IMG/VR virus record: IMGVR_UViG_3300023237_000012 | Span: 6,643 to 70,642 of that record | From: a virus | DNA length: 64,000 nt | Strand: one strand, 5' to 3' | Part shown: positions 30,141-39,345 of the stretch, in pieces | How the letters are laid out: the number at the start of each line of letters is the position of its first letter | Numbering within the stretch: position 1 is the first letter of the stretch | Program-made: the position numbers and the translations under genes | Notes under the pieces: model-generated | The model's input: the letters and a program-made list of their open reading frames with translations, nothing else | Told to the model about the DNA's origin: nothing | Databases searched by the model: none

Positions 30141-31961
30141 TTATCCTTTTAATTTTTTCATAGTTCTACTTCCTCTCCCAGTTGCAACTGTTGTTCCAGG
30201 CGTTCTTTTCAAACTATCAAACTTAGCTTGCTGTGTTTTGTTGTAAAGATTATTCGCAATTGCTTCTTTAAAGAATATGTTAAGTGATCCCAAACTATTA
30301 TCAGTTGGAACCTCATCATAGTAATTTCCATTTCTATCTTCCCAGCCACCTCTTATAATTGCAATATCTTCTGGGTCAATAACAATATCTCCAAATTCAT
30401 CTAGACCCAATTGAGGATCTTTACCTTCAGCTAAAACAATTTTCTTATTCTCAATAAGTACTTTTTGATCTGTAATAGGATCAGTCCCATACACAGGTAC
30501 AAAATAAAACCCGTTTCGTATGGCTGATTCGTTTTCCTCAGATATAAAGAAGACATTAACACTATCAATACCGTCAACATTTTCAATGATCGAAATTAGA
30601 TCTGACCTTGGAATTCTATCTCTCCTATTCACAGTCAAGAAATATTCGTTCAGATTCTTTCGTATCTGATTTCTCATTTCTATTTTGTCTACGTCATCAA
30701 AATACCTAATTACAACGTTAAGTAAATATCTCTGGACAATAGGATCCTTAATTCGTACCTCTGCGGTAACTACTTGACGACCACTTTCATTTAGAATATC
30801 TATCACCTGTTGTTTCTCGTCTGTTGTAAGTGTAAACTCATCTTCAGGAACGGTGAAATAATCAACGTCGGTTGTTAGCTTCTTGTTGATGTCTGGAATT
30901 AAGAATAAGTAAATGATATTATTATCATCTAAATATTCGTCATTTTTAGTATTGTACGCATCTATAAATGAAAAGAAATCATACTTACTTAAATAATGGA
31001 TGTAGTTATTAGGATTAGCTAATACGAATGATTTACTTGCTCTAGGCGCAATAAGCCTAGTAAACGCTGGGTCTTCAGTATCACTTCCAAAATTTGGATT
31101 ACGAACAACATGTATTGACATATACTTATTAAGATCTACTTGATCTCCAGTCTGGTCTGTTCCAAGATCTAAGAATTTGAGTGATAATGCTGTTCCTCTA
31201 ATATTTCCAGCGGCACCACTTGTCTTGACGTACTCTACAGTGATTGATGAACCTAACGGAGGAATAAATCCAAACTGTGGGTTACCGAAGAATATGCTTA
31301 ATCCTCCATTTACACCACTTTTAGTAAGCACGGCTCTCTGTCCATTGTTCATGTCATACAGTGATTCTAAATTATCACATTGGACTCCATCAACTTTTAC
31401 TATGACCATGTTATTGTCAGTTGGTTCCTTAGTAGTAATATTAAAGCTTTGTAATGCACCACCAGTACCAGTAAATTTCTGAGTTTCTATTTCACCCTGA
31501 ATTAATTCTACGTTTATGAATTCTCTCGTGTTCTTTTGAAGTCTGATGAAGTCGCTGTTAAAATTTAAGAAGTAGTTCAATCCACTTTGCTCAACTTGAA
31601 TTTTTGTCAGTTTATCTATCTGAATGTAATTTCCTGATACTTCAATTGCTGCATTTGTATTCGGGCGGATTCCTATAATACCTCTAGCAGAAATGCCACG
31701 AGTAGGATCATGGCCAGTTAGCCTGGCTAAGCCGTATATAGATTCTATATTACGTGCCCTGTAGATATTAAGTTCAGTAATTGCTGATTCAATATAATAG
31801 AAAATCATCTCCCCCATATTCGCAACAACTGTTAATATTTGTCCAAACGGTGAGGCTGGGGTAAACACTTCCGTAGCTTGATCATATTTCTCTTGGAGAA
31901 ATATAAACGAGTCCTGAAAAAGTTCAGTTGCTTTTATTCTTGTTTTAGTGAAGAATGACAT
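30141..31961 (-). CDS. Baseplate wedge subunit (T4 gp6/baseplate J-like)
   Basis: ARNIESIYGLARLTGH, IFFGNPQFGFIPP, YVKTSGAAGN, RSDLISIIENVDGIDSV. Confidence 0.8.
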   Translation of the reverse strand: MSFFTKTRIKATELFQDSFIFLQEKYDQATEVFTPASPFGQILTVVANMGEMIFYYIESAITELNIYRARNIESIYGLARLTGHDPTRGISARGIIGIRPNTNAAIEVSGNYIQIDKLTKIQVEQSGLNYFLNFNSDFIRLQKNTREFINVELIQGEIETQKFTGTGGALQSFNITTKEPTDNNMVIVKVDGVQCDNLESLYDMNNGQRAVLTKSGVNGGLSIFFGNPQFGFIPPLGSSITVEYVKTSGAAGNIRGTALSLKFLDLGTDQTGDQVDLNKYMSIHVVRNPNFGSDTEDPAFTRLIAPRASKSFVLANPNNYIHYLSKYDFFSFIDAYNTKNDEYLDDNNIIYLFLIPDINKKLTTDVDYFTVPEDEFTLTTDEKQQVIDILNESGRQVVTAEVRIKDPIVQRYLLNVVIRYFDDVDKIEMRNQIRKNLNEYFLTVNRRDRIPRSDLISIIENVDGIDSVNVFFISEENESAIRNGFYFVPVYGTDPITDQKVLIENKKIVLAEGKDPQLGLDEFGDIVIDPEDIAIIRGGWEDRNGNYYDEVPTDNSLGSLNIFFKEAIANNLYNKTQQAKFDSLKRTPGTTVATGRGSRTMKKLKG

Positions 31962-31975
31962 TCAATTTTATGTTT

Positions 31976-32338
31976 TTAAAATATTGCTCCAATTACTCTC
32001 TGATCATTTATATATATGTCTATGAATGCACCATCACGTTCAGGTGTAGAGAAGAATTGTACTTGCGTGGTTACTTTAAATCTACCATCCCCAACTACAC
32101 AGTAATTGCTTATTTGTGTCATTATGCTATTTTCAATAGCACTTTCATTTAATACTAATGAAAAGATTAAATCATCAAGATTGGCTCCAAAGTTAGTATC
32201 ACCTAACACTTCAGTTTTTCTAGTAAAAAGAGTGTTCTCTATCTTCAAAATTAAATCATTAAGCTCATCGTTAACTTCTAATTGGGTTGAGTTATAGTTA
32301 GATGCTTCATGGTCCCTGGCGTAGATGTCGTTTAGCAT
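31976..32338 (-). CDS. Baseplate sheath initiator, gp25-like
   Basis: LFTRKTEVLGDTNFGANLDDLIF matches the gp25/GPW pattern. Confidence 0.75.
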   Translation of the reverse strand: MLNDIYARDHEASNYNSTQLEVNDELNDLILKIENTLFTRKTEVLGDTNFGANLDDLIFSLVLNESAIENSIMTQISNYCVVGDGRFKVTTQVQFFSTPERDGAFIDIYINDQRVIGAIF

Positions 32339-32382
32339 ATAGAATTGTTTAGTGTATATATTCTCTATGTTATGTGTAATAG

Positions 32383-32547
32383 CTAATCCTCAAATGGATG
32401 ATTACCGTCCATTGCTATCTTAACTGTACTACCATCTTCAATTACTTGTCCTATGTTATCCCAACCAATTCCATCAGGTTCAGTCAATACTACTATTTTA
32501 TTTTTTGGCATATTTTCGAGTGCTATTATCAATTCTTTTACTGTCAT
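32383..32547 (-). CDS. Small accessory protein (54 aa)
   Basis: Manual translation MTVKELIIALENMPKNKIVV...HPFED; below the track cutoff; typical small phage protein N-terminus. Confidence 0.6.
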   Translation of the reverse strand: MTVKELIIALENMPKNKIVVLTEPDGIGWDNIGQVIEDGSTVKIAMDGNHPFED

Positions 32548-32570
32548 TGTTTGTGATTTAAACCGCTACT

Positions 32571-32666
32571 ACACACAACAGGGTATAAGTAATGGCACGT
32601 TAAAGTTTGTAGCATAAATTCAAAAGTTCGGTGTATGTGCCACTACTCATACACTAACCGATATAG
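32571..32666 (-). repeat. Imperfect inverted repeat, attC-like hairpin
   Basis: GTATAAGTAATGGCAC (32583-32598) versus GTGCCACTACTCATAC (32637-32652): 14/16 complementary, and both mismatches are G-T pairs on the minus strand. Confidence 0.6.
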
Positions 32667-32814
32667 AGTAACCAGAATAATCATATAACTTCACACTTAA
32701 TACACTTCTAGTTCAAAATTTAAACTTACAATTTTTATATGCTTTCTTTCAGAGTATTGACACATACATTATATTTAATACATGCTATAACTACTCAAAG
32801 AAGTTGATTAATAA

Positions 32815-33669
32815 TCATCCCGTGAGAAAATAATCCGGACTGTCGTCAGCAGCAAGTGTTTCCTTAATTTCCGTTAGTTCTTCTTGTCCTTCACTCTGTA
32901 TCATATCGAAATTGATCGTGATGCTTCCAGGAAGATTATAACTAAATGTACCCTGAATTCGAGCAAGTTGAATCTTAGCTTGGGCTATAACATATCGTAT
33001 AAATAATTCATCACTAAATAGTGCACAATCTGGAACTTTAGCATATACTTGAAAACAAACAGATCTCTTTGGCAATTCGCCTTGAAATCTAAATTTATGG
33101 GTTAATCTATTGTAAGTATATGAAATTTGAGCTTGTAGTGTTTGCCGAGTAAGGTCCATAAACTTACTATTAATAACATACATTAATAAACCTTCTGATG
33201 CAATACCTGCACCATTATTGTAAGAACTTGCTAGCATAAACTTATCAATTGAAAAGTCCATATCTCCACCATTAATACTATTTCCACCACCAGCCCATCC
33301 TCCATCTTCACCACTAAATCCTCCAATCTCAAAAACGTTATTGACTGAAAATATACCATCAGGCATTGTCACAATACCCCTTGAAGTATCTAAATCTGAA
33401 TCTTTAAGTGTATCGTCCTTTGTACCAATGCCTTTCTTAAAGCCTTCTTTCCTAAAAGTTCCAGCCGGTAAGCCAAGATACATTTCTTCGACACTATCTT
33501 CATACATCTTATAGAAATAATCCTTAGCTCTATTGATCATTCTCACAAGTGCTCTTTTTGGCACAGTGAATGGAATTTGACATCCTATTGAAAGTTCGTC
33601 ATTTATTTCTTTTACTAATTCATCAAGACAAGCTTGAGATGCTGGATCGTTACAATCTACTAATGACAT
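32815..33669 (-). CDS. Neck/head-completion protein, T4 gp13-like
   Basis: C-terminal YVIAQAKIQL..LPGSITINFDMIQSEGQEEL..PDYFLTG. Confidence 0.75.
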   Translation of the reverse strand: MSLVDCNDPASQACLDELVKEINDELSIGCQIPFTVPKRALVRMINRAKDYFYKMYEDSVEEMYLGLPAGTFRKEGFKKGIGTKDDTLKDSDLDTSRGIVTMPDGIFSVNNVFEIGGFSGEDGGWAGGGNSINGGDMDFSIDKFMLASSYNNGAGIASEGLLMYVINSKFMDLTRQTLQAQISYTYNRLTHKFRFQGELPKRSVCFQVYAKVPDCALFSDELFIRYVIAQAKIQLARIQGTFSYNLPGSITINFDMIQSEGQEELTEIKETLAADDSPDYFLTG

Positions 33670-33672
33670 ATC

Positions 33673-34977
33673 TTATTTAATTTTTTCGTATTCAATGATT
33701 TCAGTATCTTTAAAGCCACCATGTTTGGTAATTCTACCCTTTCTAAAAATACCACCAGTCATCTTCCCGCTGAACACAGTGTTTATGCCGTAGATATAGC
33801 AGTTTTTAAGTGTGACGTTTCTGCTGATGTAGCAAGATTCTAATTTGCTATCTGTAATAGTCGTAACATCAAATAAGTTACTATTTATAATTGATGAGTC
33901 TTTAATCTTAGAAGTAAAAACATCACAATTTTCAATATTACCTGAAATTTCACAGTCGACAAGATCAAGTCCAGATATCATATAGCATCGTTCAAGCTTA
34001 GCATTTTTTACCTGTACTTTTCCTTGGTCGCTATCATAATTGACAAATCCAGCTTTCATATCAGCTTTGGTTAATAAGTCAAATAATCTCTGTCGTATGT
34101 TAGGATAATACATCTTAACAATTTGAATTGACGTCTGTAAGTCAACTGAGAGTTTGATCTTAGGGTATAGTTTAATAAAATCTTCGTATGAACGGAATGC
34201 TTTAATTACATTGCCATGAAGTTTAAGAAGCTTATCGAGTTCTTTCTCTTCTTTCTTGTTATATGTCGGATCACTTAAGGTGTAATATAGTCCGCTGATG
34301 AAATGATCCATCATCTTTAAAATTTTAGGATACTTCTTTTCATAATCCTTTCCACCAAGATACCTGAACTCAATATAACCCTTAACAATCTTCTCAAAAT
34401 TCACTCCGTAGTATTTACTGTTTACGAACTGATAGTTCTTCCAGTTCACTTTATCAGGTGAATTATGAACCATACCGTTTAATGGCATTACGAACTTTAT
34501 AGTCTTTGCATAAACAGAATGTTCTCTGTCTGGGAACTCATCATATACTGCTTGTTCGTCAAAGCTTAGTACGAATTTTCCGATGTCTAACATCTTCATG
34601 TCAAACTCAGGTCCCATTTTCTCTGTATCGAACGCTAGGTTAACATGAATAGAACATCGGTCATTAGTATGACCATTTTCCTTTATCCATTTTAACGTCT
34701 TTGCTAAAATTATCTTGGCTTCAGGATATGCCATTGGTCCTGTTACTAATTCAATCATGCCCGAGCCTCCAGAATTGTCTGGCTCAAGCTTATAGATCAT
34801 ATCAGTTGGAGTAAAGGCACTATGTGCCATTTCCTCTATACGTATTCGTTTGCTTAGAGTACGTGTTAACCCTTCCTTAGTTTTATTGATATCTGAATCC
34901 GAAAAGAATTCAAACTCAAATCCAACTTTGGAAGAGTGTATTGCGTTAAGATATTCGTCAGAATTCATAGGAGCCAT
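33673..34977 (-). CDS. Amidoligase (COOH-NH2 ligase type 2) with C-terminal beta-helix
   Basis: VGFEFEF, EPDNS..IELVTGP, CSIHVN, KYYGVN, IEFRYLGG; C-terminal short beta repeats. Confidence 0.75.
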   Translation of the reverse strand: MAPMNSDEYLNAIHSSKVGFEFEFFSDSDINKTKEGLTRTLSKRIRIEEMAHSAFTPTDMIYKLEPDNSGGSGMIELVTGPMAYPEAKIILAKTLKWIKENGHTNDRCSIHVNLAFDTEKMGPEFDMKMLDIGKFVLSFDEQAVYDEFPDREHSVYAKTIKFVMPLNGMVHNSPDKVNWKNYQFVNSKYYGVNFEKIVKGYIEFRYLGGKDYEKKYPKILKMMDHFISGLYYTLSDPTYNKKEEKELDKLLKLHGNVIKAFRSYEDFIKLYPKIKLSVDLQTSIQIVKMYYPNIRQRLFDLLTKADMKAGFVNYDSDQGKVQVKNAKLERCYMISGLDLVDCEISGNIENCDVFTSKIKDSSIINSNLFDVTTITDSKLESCYISRNVTLKNCYIYGINTVFSGKMTGGIFRKGRITKHGGFKDTEIIEYEKIK

Positions 34978-35017
34978 TGTTTCTTTATATATCGCAGCTC
35001 GAATAATTCAGAATTGC

Positions 35018-36151
35018 TTAAAGTATAATTGCTAAGCTAATTCTTTGTTCGAGTGGAGATATACTTCTTATTCTTACGTTTACCAATTCTCCTCGTTCAA
35101 GCGATAAACCTTCTAAGTTGCTGATATGAATAAGACCTACTATACCTTCTTCAAGTTCAACGAATGCTCCATACTGTGTCATCTTATTGACTCTTCCAAC
35201 ATGTGAGCTCATTGGCTTATACTTTTCATCAGAACCGTCCCATGGATTATCAACTGCTCCGGCTTGTGTAAGTGTAATTTTATTGTCGTTAATAAAATCT
35301 TTGATCCAACATTTAATTTCGTCACCTGGTTTAATGTCACGATCAAGATATGCGCCAGCATCTGCAACAAGTTCCTCCTTAGGAATCATTCCAGTAAGAC
35401 ATTCGTCAAATTCAACAAAGATTCCGAATTTAGTAGCACCAGTCACATGACCAATAATTTGCTCGCCTAATTTAGCTCTTCGTTCTTTAACTTTTCCAGA
35501 TACTAATGTCTTCAAGTACTCTCTATGAGAAACGACAATAGTTGCTTTTTCTTTTGAATAGTTAATTGGCATAAAGATTAGTTCTTCGCCAACGATTGTG
35601 TTAAAGTCCCACAGTTTATTCATTCCAGCTAAAGAACCTGGCATAAAGCAAGTAACACCTGAAATATCGATCCAATAACCACCGTGAATAAGTTCTTTTA
35701 CAATTCCTTTGAAGGCAACTGCAGGATCACCAATAGCTTCGATGATTTGCTGTTCTCTCATTTCGTCGAATGCGTCAGAGATTGAAGCTGTAATTTGACC
35801 ACCACCGATATTACGATACTTAACATCAACCTCCATACCTTCGGTAAGTTGATCTCTTATCTCTTTCTTCTCACCATTTAATTGACAATATGCAGTATAT
35901 TTACCACCCATGTCTACAAGTGCAGTATCACCAGTAATATCAACGATAGTACCAGTAGTCATATTCGACTCTCTCAATTCTTGTTTCTTAGCAATGCCGA
36001 GTTGTTCGGTCATTATTCCATACATCTCCAACATTTCTAGAGTGTAAGGTTCAGTTGACATAATTTTAGTTCCTCTTGGAAGTTGAACTTTTACTTTCTT
36101 TGTGTCAAATGGGTCGTCAGATAGACGGATTTCGATCTCTTGTTCGATCAT
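35018..36151 (-). CDS. rpsA: Ribosomal protein S1-like (four S1 OB domains)
   Basis: GTIVDITGDTALVDMG; GIVKELIHGGYWIDISGVTCFMPGSL; GHVTGATKFGIFVEF..GMIP; GRVNKMTQYGAFVELEEGIVGLIHISNL. Confidence 0.85.
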   Translation of the reverse strand: MIEQEIEIRLSDDPFDTKKVKVQLPRGTKIMSTEPYTLEMLEMYGIMTEQLGIAKKQELRESNMTTGTIVDITGDTALVDMGGKYTAYCQLNGEKKEIRDQLTEGMEVDVKYRNIGGGQITASISDAFDEMREQQIIEAIGDPAVAFKGIVKELIHGGYWIDISGVTCFMPGSLAGMNKLWDFNTIVGEELIFMPINYSKEKATIVVSHREYLKTLVSGKVKERRAKLGEQIIGHVTGATKFGIFVEFDECLTGMIPKEELVADAGAYLDRDIKPGDEIKCWIKDFINDNKITLTQAGAVDNPWDGSDEKYKPMSSHVGRVNKMTQYGAFVELEEGIVGLIHISNLEGLSLERGELVNVRIRSISPLEQRISLAIIL

Positions 36152-36184
36152 TTTTTTTTAAGTTAAAGGTTATAGATTATAATC

Positions 36185-36316
36185 TTAAATAAGATCCTTC
36201 GTGAGAATTTTATTATCAATTTTCTTCCTTCTTCCAGTGGCTATTGCCTGCTGTCCAGAAGCGTTAATTTGGGTTGATTCATCCCTATTAAAATATTTTT
36301 GCTTAGTTTTCATCAT
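36185..36316 (-). CDS. 43-aa basic leader ORF upstream of the S1 gene
   Basis: Manual translation MMKTKQKYFNRDESTQINASGQQAIATGRRKKIDNKILTKDLI, lying between promoter 36350-36357 and S1. Confidence 0.4.
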   Translation of the reverse strand: MMKTKQKYFNRDESTQINASGQQAIATGRRKKIDNKILTKDLI

Positions 36317-36382
36317 TCATGCTTTACAGTTTGGTTTAACTGATTAGATTATATATTCGTTCTTATTTGATGGTTTTGATAC

Positions 36383-37402
36383 TCATCTGTTTAACTGCCA
36401 AGTTCTGAATTTCTTGAACGAGGTTAAAGTTTCAATAACGTCTTTGTATGTTTTAAGATCTGAAGGTGATTTAGCTTTCATGAACTTACCACCGGTTTTA
36501 ATCACATCGTCAATCAGTACTGCCCAGTAATCATTGCAACTTAAAATTGCTTCGATGTTTGCATCGTTTGGTTTAGTACCACTTAAAGTCTTATATGACT
36601 TCGCACCCTTCTTAGCTCTGTCATCTGAGAATTTTCCAGTACGTCTAACATATATGGTTTCCTCTTTATGTATGTTTATGGCGTTGATGTCTTGCTTGGT
36701 CAATTTTTGAATTTCAGAAACTTCTGAATGTGATAGATTGGAAGTAACCCAAATAGTTTTACTGTCTTCATCGTATCCAAAGGTAGGAACGAAATCTTTT
36801 TCCGTATCGTCTAACTTGTGGATTTCCTTTTCAAATTCTCTGGCTGTTAGAGATGATTTCTTCCACTTACCAATTTTAGTGATAGCATCAAGATTATCAT
36901 CAAAGTAACTATCATTGTAAAATTTATATTGTCCGATTTGAATAGAACCTCTTCCATTCCCACCGCTATTACTATAGTACGGCATTTCTTCATTGAAACC
37001 TTTAACATCTTCAACCAATTCTGATTGTAAAACTTTCCATGGGTTTTTCGGAATGATAGCATATACCATACCGAAGAATTTAGATCTTTCAGCGTTATAA
37101 GATATAAAGATTGGTTCTTTAATTTTTAGATACGACATCATTTTAGCTGCTCCGGGATTTCCACCACGGAAGCTTGTACGATCTGCAACCAAATGAACAA
37201 ATGTACCACTTGATGAATATCTAAAGTTAGGATCCTTCGTTGACATTCCTCTCCACATTACAGGATCAGATTGATTCATAGCTTCGGCAACTTTAATAAT
37301 GTCGTCTATCGTACTTAAATCTTCAATGCTATTGATATTAAATGTTTCAATAGACTCATTAAGAGAAGCATTAAATTCACTAAATGTTTGTATATGATTC
37401 AT
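36383..37402 (-). CDS. Tagged putative head-packaged enzyme (possible ADP-ribosyltransferase-like fold)
   Basis: MNHIQTFSEFNASLNES; MWRGM...IFISYN...FFGMVYAIIP; own promoter at 37416-37423. Confidence 0.5.
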   Translation of the reverse strand: MNHIQTFSEFNASLNESIETFNINSIEDLSTIDDIIKVAEAMNQSDPVMWRGMSTKDPNFRYSSSGTFVHLVADRTSFRGGNPGAAKMMSYLKIKEPIFISYNAERSKFFGMVYAIIPKNPWKVLQSELVEDVKGFNEEMPYYSNSGGNGRGSIQIGQYKFYNDSYFDDNLDAITKIGKWKKSSLTAREFEKEIHKLDDTEKDFVPTFGYDEDSKTIWVTSNLSHSEVSEIQKLTKQDINAINIHKEETIYVRRTGKFSDDRAKKGAKSYKTLSGTKPNDANIEAILSCNDYWAVLIDDVIKTGGKFMKAKSPSDLKTYKDVIETLTSFKKFRTWQLNR

Positions 37403-37422
37403 AGTGTCGTTTTAGTATATAT

Positions 37423-37989
37423 TTATGAAGCACCGACCCACGGAAAAACATATGGGATTGGTGGTACTCCTGGTGCTGTTCCAGCCCAGAGTCCAGTTAC
37501 TTGAGCTAGGTGAGCTATCATAGCAGTATTCAATGCAACTGCAACTAAAGCCGCACCCTGTTGATTTGACATTGCCGATGTTCCTGCTTTCATTGCTGTC
37601 CATATACCAGCCGCTAATGAACTAGCTTCACCTGGAAATACGACAGTACTTGTAATACCAAGAAGTCCCCCGGGAGCAGGGATGAGTGGATTAAATTGCA
37701 CCCCAGCCCAGAAAGCCACAATTGCCGAAGCAGCTGGCATCCAAGCATCAGGTGTAGGTTCCATAGTAAGTTGTTCGCATAATGTAAACGATGCTAAAAA
37801 TCCAGCTTCAATCCCACTTGATCCTGGAAGTGTAAGTGGAGTCGAACCCGGAATAAGCGTTGGGAAAACTAAGTCGGCATCGACTAAATAGGCTGTAGCT
37901 ATCGTCGATGCCGTCATTTCTTTGCTCGGAGAATTACCAACTGCAAGAAACGAAATTATTGTATTTTGAAATGTTGAGCCAAATGGCAT
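37423..37989 (-). CDS. Ala/Pro-rich hydrophobic baseplate-operon protein
   Basis: 188 aa, downstream of the gp5-like spike. Confidence 0.55.
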   Translation of the reverse strand: MPFGSTFQNTIISFLAVGNSPSKEMTASTIATAYLVDADLVFPTLIPGSTPLTLPGSSGIEAGFLASFTLCEQLTMEPTPDAWMPAASAIVAFWAGVQFNPLIPAPGGLLGITSTVVFPGEASSLAAGIWTAMKAGTSAMSNQQGAALVAVALNTAMIAHLAQVTGLWAGTAPGVPPIPYVFPWVGAS

Positions 37990-37997
37990 CTTTTATT

Positions 37998-38396
37998 TTA
38001 TCTGGTTGACTCTACTGTATCGTATTGATCAATAGCTTGAAATTTGGACGGTATATAGAATGTTCGTGAAAATTGTAAATTTTTTCGTATAACTCTGAAT
38101 ATTAAACTATCATCTGTACTATTGCTTTGGTAATACATAGTTACTTCGTCACCACTAAGTATACTTGCATCGTCGCCAAACACATCAATTAGCTCGTCTT
38201 GGTATTTATGTGCTACCCATCCACCATTACTTTTACCGGAAAGTAAGCGTAATACATCACGTTCAGTTTTAACTGGATACGTATCAGAGTTATTTTTTGA
38301 TTCGTTTAAGAATTCTTCAAATAATGGAATATTTATAGTAGTCTTAGCCTCTTTTAGCTTTCCTTCAAATATCTTAAAATTATCTAAATGTTTCAT
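37998..38396 (-). CDS. Doubly tagged putative internal head protein
   Basis: MKHLDNFKIFEG..NIPLFEEFLNES; promoter at 38410-38417. Confidence 0.6.
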   Translation of the reverse strand: MKHLDNFKIFEGKLKEAKTTINIPLFEEFLNESKNNSDTYPVKTERDVLRLLSGKSNGGWVAHKYQDELIDVFGDDASILSGDEVTMYYQSNSTDDSLIFRVIRKNLQFSRTFYIPSKFQAIDQYDTVESTR

Positions 38397-38418
38397 GTGT
38401 CGTTTTTGTTATATATCA

Positions 38419-39345
38419 CTAATCAGTAAAGCTAACCTGGCTTAATGCTGGATCTATTGCAAAGGCTGGCAACGGTGGTCCGCTTGGTCCAGTAGGTGTT
38501 GGGTGAATGTGATTATCATAAAGTGCTTTAAAGGTATCCCCTTTGATAATTGCTTCTGCTGCTGTTGCTCCAAGTTTTATCTTTGGAGAATCAACATGGA
38601 CTTCAACACTTGCACTTATCTTACCGTTAATACAATTGATAGTTGCATCTTGGTTAGCAGTTATCTCTGTGTTTTCACAATTTATTACTGCATCTCCACT
38701 CACATCGAAAGTTACTGTCCCAGAATGTGTGAAGTTGATATTACCATCGTTTGACATTACAACAGTATCTCCATTAGGATTCGTAACCTCAACACTATTA
38801 TCTGGCTTAAGGTTAAAAACTGTTGAACCTTCTGCAGTTGCATAGTCGATCATAAATCCTTTATCTTCAGTGAAGTATACTTTCATACTTTCACCTTCAC
38901 GATCATTCGTTACTTCACCACTGTCGTCCATGGTTTGGCCGAATGCAGTATCATAGATAAGTATATGTGCGTTCTGGTAAGATCCTTCTACCTCTGCCTT
39001 TAATTCATCTGATGCATAGACGGCATGCCCGTAGACAGGAGAATACAGGTTACCGTTATCGAATGTGATTTCAACAACAGCTCCAAGTTTAGGTACATCT
39101 AAAGTACCACCTCCAGTATCACTTCCACCTGTGTTTGAGTTACTTGCCCTAGCCCATGGCAGTTTATCCGTTGGAATAACAAAATCACTATTCGAGTCTT
39201 CAAGATCTGTACGCTGATCCATTTTTCCAAAGACTCTAATTCTACAGCGTCCGTCGAAATTTGGATCTTCATTATCTTCAACATGACCAAGCCACTGTGT
39301 ACCTGTCAGATTATCGTATTGAAACTCCTTAGCATTTATTTTCAT
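38419..39345 (-). CDS. Baseplate central spike, gp5/gpV-like
   Basis: VEDNEDPNFDGRCRIRVFG, LPWA, VPKLGAVV (OB fold); beta-helix; HIHPTPTGPSGPP tip; no lysozyme domain. Confidence 0.85.
   Translation of the reverse strand: MKINAKEFQYDNLTGTQWLGHVEDNEDPNFDGRCRIRVFGKMDQRTDLEDSNSDFVIPTDKLPWARASNSNTGGSDTGGGTLDVPKLGAVVEITFDNGNLYSPVYGHAVYASDELKAEVEGSYQNAHILIYDTAFGQTMDDSGEVTNDREGESMKVYFTEDKGFMIDYATAEGSTVFNLKPDNSVEVTNPNGDTVVMSNDGNINFTHSGTVTFDVSGDAVINCENTEITANQDATINCINGKISASVEVHVDSPKIKLGATAAEAIIKGDTFKALYDNHIHPTPTGPSGPPLPAFAIDPALSQVSFTD

Noticed and set aside
32757-32791. Plus-strand TTGACA...TATAAC sigma70 promoter
   Set aside because: Spacing is 23 nt and there is no downstream plus-strand gene
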